NCBI GenBank assembly: GCA_029934055.1
Contig: JAOZMZ010000006.1
Location: 1-42,879, forward strand
DNA from: Kiritimatiellia bacterium
Lineage (GTDB): Bacteria; Verrucomicrobiota; Kiritimatiellia; B70-G9
DNA: 42,879 nt
Direction of reading: 5' to 3'
In this document: piece by piece, positions 8,437-17,264 of the stretch
Layout: each line of letters opens with the position of its first letter
Numbering within the stretch: position 1 is the stretch's first letter
Notes under the pieces: model-generated
The model's database searches: none
Seen by the model: only the letters and a program-made list of their open reading frames with translations
What the model was told of the DNA's origin: nothing
Position numbers and translations under genes: made by a program

Positions 8437-10017
8437 TCAACGCCGGGCCCGCACCAGGGCGGAAAAAATCTCGCGTAATTCCGGACAGCGCAACACAGCC
8501 GCCGCAGCGGCATAACTCAATATGCCCACAGCGACACTGGCCAGAACACCCGCCGCTGCAGCCGCTTTTCCTCCCGTATGCGGCAAGAGGGTCCCCAGGG
8601 CCTTCTGAAAAAGGAACACACACACCGCCATGAAAAACGCCGCCACCACCTGGCGCAACCCGGAAAGCAACACCCTCCGCCAGCCCGGCGACCCGATGCA
8701 TGCCTGCAGGCGTACGCCCAGCATGAGCGCATAGAAACTCTCCGCAATAACCGTGGCCGCCGCCAGGCCCGCGTGCTTGTAGTAAAGCGGCCAGGTACAA
8801 ACGAAGAGGACGTCCAAGAGAATGTTCAGCCCAACGGTCACCACCCCGATCCTGACAGGCGTGCGCATGTCCTGGCGGGCGTAGAAGGCCGGTACAAGAA
8901 CCTTGTTGGCACTGAAAACCACCAGCCCGGGGGCGTAGCAGGCCAGCGCCACGGCCGTCAAATCCGTGGACTGGGCCGTGAAATTGCGCCACTGGTAGAT
9001 CATCTCCACGATCGGATGCGCCATGATCAGCAACCCCGTCGCCGCAGGAATCATGAAGAAAAAAACCTGGCGCAAACCATGATTCAAAGAAGATTTCAGC
9101 TCCTCCAGGTCGCCGCCCGCCGCATGACCGGAGTACGTCGGCAACAGCACCGTCCCCAAGGCGGTTGCGAAAATGCCCAGCGGCAGATAGATCATCCGTT
9201 CACTGAAAAAAAGCGCCGCCGGCGCCCACGGTCCGACGGCCAGCGCCAGCAGGCGGTCCACGACGACGTTGAACTGAGTCACCGCAAGACCCAGCGCCGC
9301 CGGAATCATCAAGCGCAACATCCGCACCAGGCGCTCGTCACGCCGGAAGACATTCCCGATACCAGTGAGACGGAAACCCCTCCGCCACAGCGCCGGCAAC
9401 TGCATTCCCACCTGAAGAATCCCGGCCAAGACCACCGCCCAGGCAACCACGCGGACCGCCGCCGCCTGTCCCCCGCCGAGGCGCGGGACGACAGCAATCA
9501 GGGCCGTGATCCATACGATGTTCAGCACGCACGGCGCCGCCGCCGGAACGGCGAAATGCCCGCAGGAATTGAGAACGGCCATCGCCAGCGCCGCCAGACA
9601 TATGAAAATCGCATAGGGAAGCATTATCTGCAGCATCCGCAGGGTCAGCGCGGCCTTGCCGCCGGGCTCGCAGAAACGCAACGCAATCGCCGCGGTCGCC
9701 CAACCGATCAACACCAGCAGGCCGAGCACCACGGCCAGGAGAATGAAAACACGCCCCGCCAACGACCACGCCGACTTCTCTCCGTCGCGCCGGCGGGCCT
9801 CGATGAAAATCGGAATAAACGACGCCGAAAGCGCGCCCTCGCCGAAAAGACGGCGGAACAAGTTGGGAATGGTGAAAGCCACCACGAAGGCCGACATCCA
9901 TACGGATGTGCCGAACAACCCCGCCATGAGTATGTCCCGCACCAGGCCCAGCAGCCTGCTCACTGCGGTCCAGAAACCCACCACACCTGCCGAACGAATG
10001 ACGCGGCTCTTTTCCAT
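8437..10017 (-). CDS. murJ: Lipid II flippase MurJ
   Basis: MEKSRVIRSAGVVGFWTAVSRLLGLVRDILMAGLFGTSVWMSAFVVAFTIPNLFRRLFGEGALSASFIPIF is the MurJ/MviN N-terminal signature, and the rest of the protein is largely hydrophobic throughout, consistent with a polytopic MurJ. Start set at ATG 10017, dropping 89 Arg-rich upstream codons. Confidence 0.9.
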   Translation of the reverse strand: MEKSRVIRSAGVVGFWTAVSRLLGLVRDILMAGLFGTSVWMSAFVVAFTIPNLFRRLFGEGALSASFIPIFIEARRRDGEKSAWSLAGRVFILLAVVLGLLVLIGWATAAIALRFCEPGGKAALTLRMLQIMLPYAIFICLAALAMAVLNSCGHFAVPAAAPCVLNIVWITALIAVVPRLGGGQAAAVRVVAWAVVLAGILQVGMQLPALWRRGFRLTGIGNVFRRDERLVRMLRLMIPAALGLAVTQFNVVVDRLLALAVGPWAPAALFFSERMIYLPLGIFATALGTVLLPTYSGHAAGGDLEELKSSLNHGLRQVFFFMIPAATGLLIMAHPIVEMIYQWRNFTAQSTDLTAVALACYAPGLVVFSANKVLVPAFYARQDMRTPVRIGVVTVGLNILLDVLFVCTWPLYYKHAGLAAATVIAESFYALMLGVRLQACIGSPGWRRVLLSGLRQVVAAFFMAVCVFLFQKALGTLLPHTGGKAAAAAGVLASVAVGILSYAAAAAVLRCPELREIFSALVRARR

Positions 10018-10054
10018 CACCTGCGACAACCTGGTTGAATCCGTCGCCGACCTT

Positions 10055-10876
10055 TCACCAGCCCGTCCCCGCGCCCTCCATCCCGAAAAGCTCCCCGTCC
10101 CACAACGACAGGGCGCGTAACCCCGCCAGCCCGTGGCGGGTCGGAAATATGCGCAGGCGGTGTCTTTGCGTCTGGAGATCGTCCAGCGCCGGGGAAAGAG
10201 GGTCAGCCACGCCGAAAACGTCCGCCAATACATGTCGTTCCCAGACACCCGTCGCGCTGGTGATCTCCTGCTCACTCCGCCCAAGTTTCATCTCCGGGTT
10301 GCAGATGCCCCGGCCGCAATCATGAATGGCCAGGAAGGCCGGCTGATCATATTCCAGAAAGGACCGCACGACATCCTCGATCAGACGATAGGGACGGGCA
10401 TCGAGAAAAACGATCTGCGGCTTGATTGCATCGAATATCTCGGAGGCCGCCCGGCCGGTGATATCCTCCAATACCAGTTCGACCTCGTTCCTGTTGCAGT
10501 AGCGGAGTTCGTCGACAATGTCGTAACATCTCATGCGCGGTTTCAATCCCAGCAAATGGGCTGCATCGAGGATCTTGCGGGTGGACTCGCCGTACTGGGT
10601 CCCGATCTCCACTATCGAGGTGGGTCGCAGCCCCATCATCGCCACGAAAATAATCCAGAGTTCTTCGAAACACAGCGACTTCTTCTCCCGCATCCTCCGC
10701 CGGTACCCCATTCGGCGGTACCACCGGGAGTAACGACGGAACAACGGCCGCAGCCGCCGCACATCGCTCTCTATGAAATCCGCGGTCGCGGCCAAAAGTC
10801 GGCGGTGACTCGTCCGGCGGGGATACTTCGGGCGGAACCCGTCCCCGCGCGATCCACCGGAATGCCGTGCATTCAT
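10055..10876 (-). CDS. Class I SAM-dependent methyltransferase-like protein with an Arg-rich N-terminus
   Basis: IVEIGTQYGESTRKILDAA...CYDIVD...IVFLDA resembles motifs I-III of the Rossmann methyltransferase fold (CmcI/O-MT-like). ATG 10876 has GGAGGAG upstream. Function is inferred from weak motifs only. Confidence 0.6.
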   Translation of the reverse strand: MNARHSGGSRGDGFRPKYPRRTSHRRLLAATADFIESDVRRLRPLFRRYSRWYRRMGYRRRMREKKSLCFEELWIIFVAMMGLRPTSIVEIGTQYGESTRKILDAAHLLGLKPRMRCYDIVDELRYCNRNEVELVLEDITGRAASEIFDAIKPQIVFLDARPYRLIEDVVRSFLEYDQPAFLAIHDCGRGICNPEMKLGRSEQEITSATGVWERHVLADVFGVADPLSPALDDLQTQRHRLRIFPTRHGLAGLRALSLWDGELFGMEGAGTGW

Positions 10877-10954
10877 GCTCTCCTCCACGTCAAAATTCTC
10901 CGCAACAGAGCCGCCCTCATCCTGCCCCAGGCGGCTCTTCCCTTGCAAGGGCCT

Positions 10955-12004
10955 TCAGGTCTCCCGCAGACCTTCGGCCGTCAGCCCATCCAAGAGATCC
11001 GCCAGGCGGGATGCGATAATCGGCATGTCGAATCTTTCGGCGACGGTCGCCCGGCCGGCCGCCCCGATCCGACCGCGTAACTGTACATCTTGCGAAAGGC
11101 GGTGCAGGACTTCCACCCAATTCTCGTCTGTGCGACAGAGAAAACCGTTCTTCCCGGAGCTGATGATCTCCTTGACGCTTCCCACCGCCGAACAGACCGC
11201 CGGTATGCCGGCCGCCATGTATTGCAGGGCTTTCAAGGCACATTTTCCCCGGGTCCATTCGTCGTCCGCCAAGGGCATCAAGCCGATATCGAATTCCAAC
11301 AGGTCGGCCACCTCACTGGCACGCGACCACCTTCGGACATCCACGGCGATACCCGGAAGGTCCACGTCGCCATCGGAGACCACCATCACCCGGAAACGTA
11401 ACCCCTCCCCGGCCAGCCGTCTCAATGCCCGGCCCAAGGCTTCAAGATACCGGTGATTCACGCGGCTCCCAATCCACCCGAAAACCGGGACGGCGGACGG
11501 ACGGGCCGCTCGGTATGGATAGCTCTTCATATCTACACCGGTAGGCACCACTTCCACCCGGCGCGCATAGGTCCGCGCATAGTCGGCCAGGTAACGATTG
11601 CCCGCAGTTACCAGGTCCGCCGCCTGCATCACCGCCGTCAACCGCCGTTTCACCCGCCTGCGCGTCGGCCAGGAACGCCGGCTCTGCGACGTGAAAACAG
11701 CATCGTCATAGTCATATACGAGCGGCACTCCCATCCGCGAGAGAGCCCGCAGGAAAGTTACACTGAAAAGTCTCTTCTGGATTACGACCGCCGCCGCCCC
11801 GTGCACCCGTTCGAGGAAGCGGCGCTCCTCCGCGTATCTGGCGGGCAGCCGCCGCCAGCCGCCGGCGCACGGCAGCGGAGGCACTATTTCCACCTCAAAT
11901 CCACGGCGCTCGAGATATACCGCGGGGTCATAGACCCGGTACCGCGCGCTCGCTCCCTCCTGATCCGATATTGTAAAAAAAACGACGCGCCGCACCATCG
12001 TCAT
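10955..12004 (-). CDS. Glycosyltransferase (GT-B fold, family 1/4-like)
   Basis: C-terminal GLMPLADDEWTRGKCALKALQYMAAGIPAVCSAVGSVKEIISSGKNGFL is the GT1/GT4 EX7E-type nucleotide-sugar motif. The start ATG 12004 overlaps the upstream stop (ATGA). Confidence 0.8.
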   Translation of the reverse strand: MTMVRRVVFFTISDQEGASARYRVYDPAVYLERRGFEVEIVPPLPCAGGWRRLPARYAEERRFLERVHGAAAVVIQKRLFSVTFLRALSRMGVPLVYDYDDAVFTSQSRRSWPTRRRVKRRLTAVMQAADLVTAGNRYLADYARTYARRVEVVPTGVDMKSYPYRAARPSAVPVFGWIGSRVNHRYLEALGRALRRLAGEGLRFRVMVVSDGDVDLPGIAVDVRRWSRASEVADLLEFDIGLMPLADDEWTRGKCALKALQYMAAGIPAVCSAVGSVKEIISSGKNGFLCRTDENWVEVLHRLSQDVQLRGRIGAAGRATVAERFDMPIIASRLADLLDGLTAEGLRET

Positions 12005-13134
12005 CCCCGATCTTTCCGACCGGTCTCCTCGAGAACATCGAGGAACCGCGCACTGCAGCTTTCGATCGAGAAGGCGGCCGCGGTCGCCGCCACGTCCTCG
12101 GGCGAGACACCTCCCGCGGATGACCATCCCACCACCTCGCGAACGGCCGCCACCATCTCCGGAATACGGTCCGGACGCGAGATCACCGCACCGTTCTTCC
12201 CCCTCTGCACGATCTCCGCCGCCCCGCCGAAGACCGTGGTCACCACGGGCGTCCCACATGCAATCGCCTCAAGGACGACATTCGGAAAGGCGTCAAACCA
12301 AGTCGGTAACAGGAATATGTCGGCGGCCCGGTAAAGCGGGGCGAGATCCGCCTGGGGGTTCAGAAAGCGCACGCGCCTGCTCAATCCAAGTTCTTGAGTC
12401 TGGCGCCTCCAATGAGTCGTCGAATCGCGTCCGACCACCAGGAGGAAGACTTCCGGAAGGTGAACAAGCGCCTGCAACAGGTTCTTCAATCCCTTGCGCC
12501 GGAAGCCGCTGCCGGCGAAGAGCGCCAGGACGAGATCCTCCGGAACGGCGTATCCGGCGCGAATCCTCCGGCGGGCCTCATCACGTCCGGCCGGTGAAAA
12601 ACGCTCGTGATCCACACCGTTGTATATCACGTCTATCCGCGGCGCCCCATCGCCGTAAACCCTCAGAATGTCGTCCCGCACCATGCGCGAATTGGCAACA
12701 ATCCGCCGGACGGCGCCGACACAGCGCCGTTCAAGCGCGATGATCGCCCGCTGCCCGGGCAAATGCTCGTTCAGCAGGCAGCGCATGCGCGGCTCAAACA
12801 AGCGCCTTCTCTCCAGCCACACGCGATGAACCCCTTCCCCCGCCCGCCATATGTCCTGGTACTCGGTGCGGTCAAAACTCAGACTCACATCAAACTGATT
12901 GCGGTGCAGAAAATCGGCCGCGGCCGCGGAAAAAGACCGCATCCGCAAGGCCCTCGTCGCGCGCCGGTGCGAAAGAACATGCACCCGATACCCATCATCC
13001 CCGGCCGGCGGCCAGTAACCCGTCAACAGGTGAACTGCGTGACCACGCTCAACGCAGGCGTGCATCAGGCACGCCAGGACACCCTCGCCGCCGCCGAAGG
13101 GAACGAACTTTTGCTTGATAAAGGCGATCTTCAC
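12001..13134 (-). CDS. Glycosyltransferase family 4 (WaaG/RfaG-like)
   Basis: VKIAFIKQKFVPFGGGE...FLLPTWFDAFPNVVLEAIACGTPVVTTVFGGAAEIVQRGKNG is a GT4 signature. The GTG start at 13134 overlaps the upstream stop (GTGA). The track's longer start at 13302 would overlap the GT2 gene by 170 nt. Confidence 0.8.
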   Translation of the reverse strand: MKIAFIKQKFVPFGGGEGVLACLMHACVERGHAVHLLTGYWPPAGDDGYRVHVLSHRRATRALRMRSFSAAAADFLHRNQFDVSLSFDRTEYQDIWRAGEGVHRVWLERRRLFEPRMRCLLNEHLPGQRAIIALERRCVGAVRRIVANSRMVRDDILRVYGDGAPRIDVIYNGVDHERFSPAGRDEARRRIRAGYAVPEDLVLALFAGSGFRRKGLKNLLQALVHLPEVFLLVVGRDSTTHWRRQTQELGLSRRVRFLNPQADLAPLYRAADIFLLPTWFDAFPNVVLEAIACGTPVVTTVFGGAAEIVQRGKNGAVISRPDRIPEMVAAVREVVGWSSAGGVSPEDVAATAAAFSIESCSARFLDVLEETGRKDRG

Positions 13135-13928
13135 CGCCCCCCCCCACCGGAGTCCGGCTTGCTCCGCCCGCGGTTGTATTCGATCTCCCAAATCTTGGCG
13201 TATTTCATCGCCACGCCGAAGGCACTGATCCCGGAAATCAGCAAACCCCGGAATCCGTCCAGGAAACCGAGTTTCAGGAAATAGCCCTTGAAAAAACGCC
13301 AAGGCGGCCGCACGAAAAAATCACGCCAGCGGAATGGAATCCCAGAGGCATGTTTTTCTTGGGCGGTTATCGTGGTGAATCTGTTCAATGTCCTCAGGTG
13401 CTCTTCAATACTCTCATAAGTATAGTGATTCAGGTGTCCGTGAAGCGTCTTTACCGGGCCGTCCACGACGACGTGGTCGTGCGGCTCGCGCCCCGCGCTG
13501 CGCCCCCTCTCTTTCAAAAAAAGGCGCAACTTGATATCAGGATACCAGTCACCGTGATAAATCCACTTGCCGAGATAGAACACGCGGCGCGGAAACTGGT
13601 AGCCCACGAAAGGACCCGTGCCGCGCTCGAACTCCTGCAATATCTCTTCCCGCAGTTCATCGCTGACCTCTTCGTCGGCATCCACGAAAAGGATCCAGCA
13701 ATAACGCGCCATTTCCCGGATGAGATTCTTCTGGCCGATATACCCGAGCCATTCATGCTGGTAGACCCGATCGGTGTACTCCCGCGATATTTCCACGGTC
13801 CGGTCGCTGCTGAAACTGTCAACCACTACGATTTCGTCGCACCATGTCAGGCTTTCCAGGCAACGCCTGATATTGCGCTCCTCGTTTCCCGCAGTCACAC
13901 ATGCAGAAATTTTCGGTCTTGTTCCCAT
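13131..13928 (-). CDS. Glycosyltransferase family 2 (WaaE/KdtX-like LPS core type)
   Basis: ISACVTAGNEERNIRRCLESLTWCDEIVVVDSFSSDRTVEI...ILFVDADEE is the GT2 DxD architecture, with the domain order typical of small LPS-core GT2 enzymes. Confidence 0.85.
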   Translation of the reverse strand: MGTRPKISACVTAGNEERNIRRCLESLTWCDEIVVVDSFSSDRTVEISREYTDRVYQHEWLGYIGQKNLIREMARYCWILFVDADEEVSDELREEILQEFERGTGPFVGYQFPRRVFYLGKWIYHGDWYPDIKLRLFLKERGRSAGREPHDHVVVDGPVKTLHGHLNHYTYESIEEHLRTLNRFTTITAQEKHASGIPFRWRDFFVRPPWRFFKGYFLKLGFLDGFRGLLISGISAFGVAMKYAKIWEIEYNRGRSKPDSGGGGR

Positions 13929-13931
13929 CGG

Positions 13932-14939
13932 TCAATGCACCCCTGTCCGCTCGATCACACGTTCCAAGCGGCGGTAGACCGTCTCCGGCTGAATCAGGGC
14001 GAGACGCCGCCGCGCCTCCAGGGAATCCCGGGGCACATCACGGCCGACTCCTCCCGGCGTCCGCACCACCTCAACCACCCGGCCCAGCGGCCCGGTCACC
14101 TCCGGATCGGTCACTCCGAAAATCACTACCACCGGTGTGCCTACCGCCGCAGCCACGTGCGCGCCGCCGCTGTCGTTGGCCACCGCCGCCCGACAAGATT
14201 GCAACAGCGCCGCAAAAAGGTCCAGCCCGCCCCGCCCGGCAAGACTGCGCGCCCCCCGGCCGATGCCTTGCGCCACTTGCCGACACAGTCTTTCCTCGCC
14301 CGGCGCGCCCAGTACGGCGATGCCGGCCCCCATGCCGGCCCGCAGAAGGCGCCCGAGCTCAATGAAATGTTCCGCCGGCCAACGCTTTGAAGGACCCCGC
14401 CCGGCTCCCGGAACCAGGCCCACCCGCGGCTCGTCCAGTCCCTCCAACAAAGCCTCGGCCCGCCGGCGTATTGCACCGCCGATCTCCAGCGCGGGATACT
14501 CCAGCCCGCCGGACGCCGCGGATTCCGGTGCCAACAGGCCCATGTATTCCCAGGCCTGATGGCGGCGGGCAGCATCCGCAACCTGCCGCCGCACCTCCGT
14601 CAGCATCCAGTCGCGCCCGTGTCCCGGAAACCCGATCCGCTCGGGTACCCGTGCCAGATATGGAACTAACGCGGAACGAAACGAATGCGGCAAGACGTAG
14701 GCCCGCCGCACCTGCGAATCCCCGACCGCCCGCGCCGCCCTGACAGTCCCCCGCATGCCGGCCCGCAACTCGATGAGCCGATCCGGAACCGCGTGCAGCC
14801 GCCACAGTGCCGCCACCTTCGGTTTCACCAGCATGATCACCCTCGTTGTGGGATTCATTCTGCGGAAGGCCTGCAATGCCGGCATGCTCATGATACCGTC
14901 ACCGACCCAATTCAGCCCGCAGACCAGCACTTCATCCAC
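13932..14939 (-). CDS. LPS heptosyltransferase (GT9, WaaF/WaaC type)
   Basis: VLVCGLNWVGDGIMSMPALQAFRR...NDSGGAHVAAAVGTPVVVIFGVTDP are GT9 heptosyltransferase motifs. GTG start with a GGAGGTG RBS. Confidence 0.85.
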   Translation of the reverse strand: MDEVLVCGLNWVGDGIMSMPALQAFRRMNPTTRVIMLVKPKVAALWRLHAVPDRLIELRAGMRGTVRAARAVGDSQVRRAYVLPHSFRSALVPYLARVPERIGFPGHGRDWMLTEVRRQVADAARRHQAWEYMGLLAPESAASGGLEYPALEIGGAIRRRAEALLEGLDEPRVGLVPGAGRGPSKRWPAEHFIELGRLLRAGMGAGIAVLGAPGEERLCRQVAQGIGRGARSLAGRGGLDLFAALLQSCRAAVANDSGGAHVAAAVGTPVVVIFGVTDPEVTGPLGRVVEVVRTPGGVGRDVPRDSLEARRRLALIQPETVYRRLERVIERTGVH

Positions 14940-14967
14940 GGCAACACCTCCGGGCAGTCAGCCCGTA

Positions 14968-16188
14968 TCAGCGGAAACATATCCGCGCAATACAGTCATT
15001 GAAATCTTCCTCCCCACTCAGCAACTGAATTTCGACGCGCAGGAAGAAAAGCGGTATGTCGCGCCGCGCCACACGCGGAATGCGGACGGCATCCTTTTCA
15101 GTGGTGATCACCGCCTCGGCGCCGGCCTGCATGCCGCGGTTGATCACGTCGATGATTTCCTGCTCGGCATAACGGTGATGGTCGGCATAGCGCTCCCGGT
15201 ACACCACCTCGGCCCCGAGCCGTTCGAGTTCCTCTTCGAAACCCCAAGGCGCGGCTATGCCCGAAAGTGCCGCAACCTTGCGCCCCTGCAGGTATTCCAG
15301 CCCCTCCCGTTCGGCCGTATACACGTTCTGCAGGTAGCGGGGATGATGCCGGCATTCGGATACCTCAGCCGATGTGTTCCAGCGCCGCAGCTCGCGGCGC
15401 AATTCCTCGGCCCCGTCTCCGTCGGACTTGGTAATGAAAATGAACCCGGCCCGCCGGATGTTCCGTACCGGCTCCCGCAATATTCCGCGCGGCAGAACAT
15501 GGCGGTTGCCGAAAGGATTGGTGCGGTCCACCAGAACGATATCCAGCCGGTGCTTCAATGCCAGGTACTGGAAACCGTCATCCAGTATCAGCGTGTCACA
15601 ACCCAATTTCTTGATCGCATGCTGCCCCGCCTTGACCCGGTTCTTGTCCACCAGAACCGCAACCTTCGGCAGATTGGCCGCCAGCATGTAAGCCTCGTCG
15701 CCGGCCGCCGCCGAATCCAGCAAAAGCCGCCGTCCGTCAGATACCACCAGCGGCTCGCGCCGCCGGTCGCGGAACGTGATCTTCTGCACCAGGCGCTCCC
15801 ACAAGGGCGGCTTGACGCTCTTGTAACCGCGGCTGAGAATCGCCACCTTGCGCCCGCTCTCCTGAAGGGCCCGCGCGAAGATCTCGACGATGGGCGTCTT
15901 GCCCGTCCCTCCTACAGTAAGATTCCCCACGCTGACGACCTGGCACCCAAGCGTGTGATGCCGCAGGATGCCGTGGGTATACAGCCACAGCCTGATCTGA
16001 ACCGCCGTCGCATACAGGTGCGAGAGTTGCTTGAGCAGCCACCGCAACAATGCGGCTACTCTCCCGCGCTGACGTCCTTCAATGACGCCCAGCAAATAGG
16101 TTTCCGCCCGTTCGAGTCGTGTCTGGCTCACGGCAAATAATCCAAATCGTTGACCTTCAGCCGCCTCTTTCTTACGGCATGTTGCCAT
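14968..16188 (-). CDS. lpxK: Tetraacyldisaccharide 4'-kinase
   Basis: [40 protein letters not shown] is the LpxK P-loop signature. The track start at 16200 is TTG, so I used ATG 16188. A downstream GTG (VSQTRLER) is also possible. Confidence 0.9.
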   Translation of the reverse strand: MATCRKKEAAEGQRFGLFAVSQTRLERAETYLLGVIEGRQRGRVAALLRWLLKQLSHLYATAVQIRLWLYTHGILRHHTLGCQVVSVGNLTVGGTGKTPIVEIFARALQESGRKVAILSRGYKSVKPPLWERLVQKITFRDRRREPLVVSDGRRLLLDSAAAGDEAYMLAANLPKVAVLVDKNRVKAGQHAIKKLGCDTLILDDGFQYLALKHRLDIVLVDRTNPFGNRHVLPRGILREPVRNIRRAGFIFITKSDGDGAEELRRELRRWNTSAEVSECRHHPRYLQNVYTAEREGLEYLQGRKVAALSGIAAPWGFEEELERLGAEVVYRERYADHHRYAEQEIIDVINRGMQAGAEAVITTEKDAVRIPRVARRDIPLFFLRVEIQLLSGEEDFNDCIARICFR

Positions 16189-16223
16189 CCCCGGCGACAA
16201 CCCGTCAAGTTGCGCACACCCGG

Positions 16224-16252
16224 TTGCTACGCCCGACGTTTTCTGCTATTAT
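16224..16252 (+). promoter_or_regulatory. Candidate sigma-70 promoter (TTGCTA-17 nt-TATTAT) for the mini-sigma/trmB unit
   Basis: TTGCTA cgcccgacgttttctgc TATTAT sits in the lpxK-divergent spacer, followed by RBS GAGGA and GTG 16275. Confidence 0.5.
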
Positions 16253-16274
16253 CCTCCACCGAGGATACGACGTC

Positions 16275-16637
16275 GTGAAAATATCTCTCAAACTCGACGA
16301 ACTGCGCCGCGAAGACGAGGAAAGCGTGAACGTACGGACGTTCGAACGCCTGCTGAGCGCCGTGCGCCAAGGCGACTTCCAGGCCCGCGAGGCACTCCTC
16401 CAGGAATACATGCCGCTCATCACCCGCTTGGCTCGCAAGCGCGCGGGTGATGCAGCCACATCCAAAGTCAACAGCCTCATCGAGGCCGGGCGCCAAGGCC
16501 TCTTTTCCGCCGCCCGTCATTACCGCATCTCCAAGGGGCCGGCCCACTTCAAACTCTACGCGCTGGAGTGTATCGAAAAATACATGGACCGTTCCGCGCG
16601 CCCGGGATTTTTCCAGCGCCTTCTGGGGCGTTGCTGA
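16275..16637 (+). CDS. Sigma-70 region 2-only protein (truncated sigma-like, ~120 aa)
   Basis: AREALLQEYMPLITRLARKRAG....SLIEAGRQGLFSAARHYRISKGPAHFKLYALECIEKYMDRS aligns by eye with sigma-70 regions 1.2-2.3 (LRLVVSIAKKY...DLIQEGNIGLMKAVDKF...GYKFSTYATWWIRQAITR). The protein ends there. No region 3 or 4 is present in any frame before trmB. GTG 16275 has GAGGA 9 nt upstream. Confidence 0.6.
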   Translation: MKISLKLDELRREDEESVNVRTFERLLSAVRQGDFQAREALLQEYMPLITRLARKRAGDAATSKVNSLIEAGRQGLFSAARHYRISKGPAHFKLYALECIEKYMDRSARPGFFQRLLGRC

Positions 16638-16644
16638 CCCGCCG

Positions 16645-17259
16645 ATGAAAGACCCGGTTCCACTCCCGACCAGCCTGCGTATTCTGCCGGACGACTGGCT
16701 CAATCCGCTGCCGCTGGACCGTATCTTCGGCCGCCGGGCTCCGCTCGAAGTCGATATCGGCTGCGGCAAGGGACGCTTTCTGCTGGCCCACGCCGCCGCC
16801 CACCCGGAAACAAACTTCCTCGGCATCGAACGCATGCTGCGCCGTTTGCGTAAGGTCGATCGGCGCGCCCGCCGGCGCCGGCTCGACAATATCCGCCTCC
16901 TGCGGGCCGAAGCTTACTATACCGTGAGCTATCTCATACCGGCCGAATCAGTTACCGCTTACTATGCCTTCTTCCCGGATCCATGGCCCAAGAAACGTCA
17001 TCAGCGTCACCGCCTCTTCGACGCCCGCTTTATCGATGCACTCCACCGGACGCTTCGAACGGGTTGCGCTTTCCACTTCGCTACGGACCATATCCCCTAC
17101 CTCGAAGCCGTCCGGGAACTCGTCGGTAATGATCCGCGCTTCGAGGAAATCACCCCGTACCTACCCGCCGATGATGAAAAAACAAACTTCGAACTGCTTT
17201 TCGAAGGGAAAAAGACTATCGGACGCTGTTCCTTCCACAAGGTCGGGCGAACCGGCTGA
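16645..17259 (+). CDS. trmB: tRNA (guanine-N7)-methyltransferase
   Basis: LEVDIGCGKGRFLL...NFLGIE...YAFFPDPWPKKRHQRHRLF are TrmB motifs. ATG 16645 lies 8 nt after the preceding stop. Confidence 0.9.
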   Translation: MKDPVPLPTSLRILPDDWLNPLPLDRIFGRRAPLEVDIGCGKGRFLLAHAAAHPETNFLGIERMLRRLRKVDRRARRRRLDNIRLLRAEAYYTVSYLIPAESVTAYYAFFPDPWPKKRHQRHRLFDARFIDALHRTLRTGCAFHFATDHIPYLEAVRELVGNDPRFEEITPYLPADDEKTNFELLFEGKKTIGRCSFHKVGRTG

Positions 17260-17264
17260 AGACA

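Noticed and set aside
7490-8515. 341 aa alternative-frame ORF overlapping the SDR gene, plus the antisense 303 aa ORF 7602..8513
   Set aside because: Only the 7509..8414 frame shows the TGxxxGIG / NNAG / YxxxK SDR motifs. The others are Arg/Gly/Pro-rich.
8578-10038. 486 aa plus-strand ORF antisense to murJ
   Set aside because: The product is Arg/Gln/His-rich with no TM helices or motifs, whereas the minus strand gives a complete MurJ.
14755-16140. 461 aa plus-strand ORF antisense to lpxK (similar cases: 13350..14390 and 12607..13284 antisense to the heptosyltransferase/GT genes)
   Set aside because: These are shadow ORFs in very GC-rich DNA. The minus-strand genes carry diagnostic P-loop, GT9 and GT4 motifs and are tightly coupled to each other.
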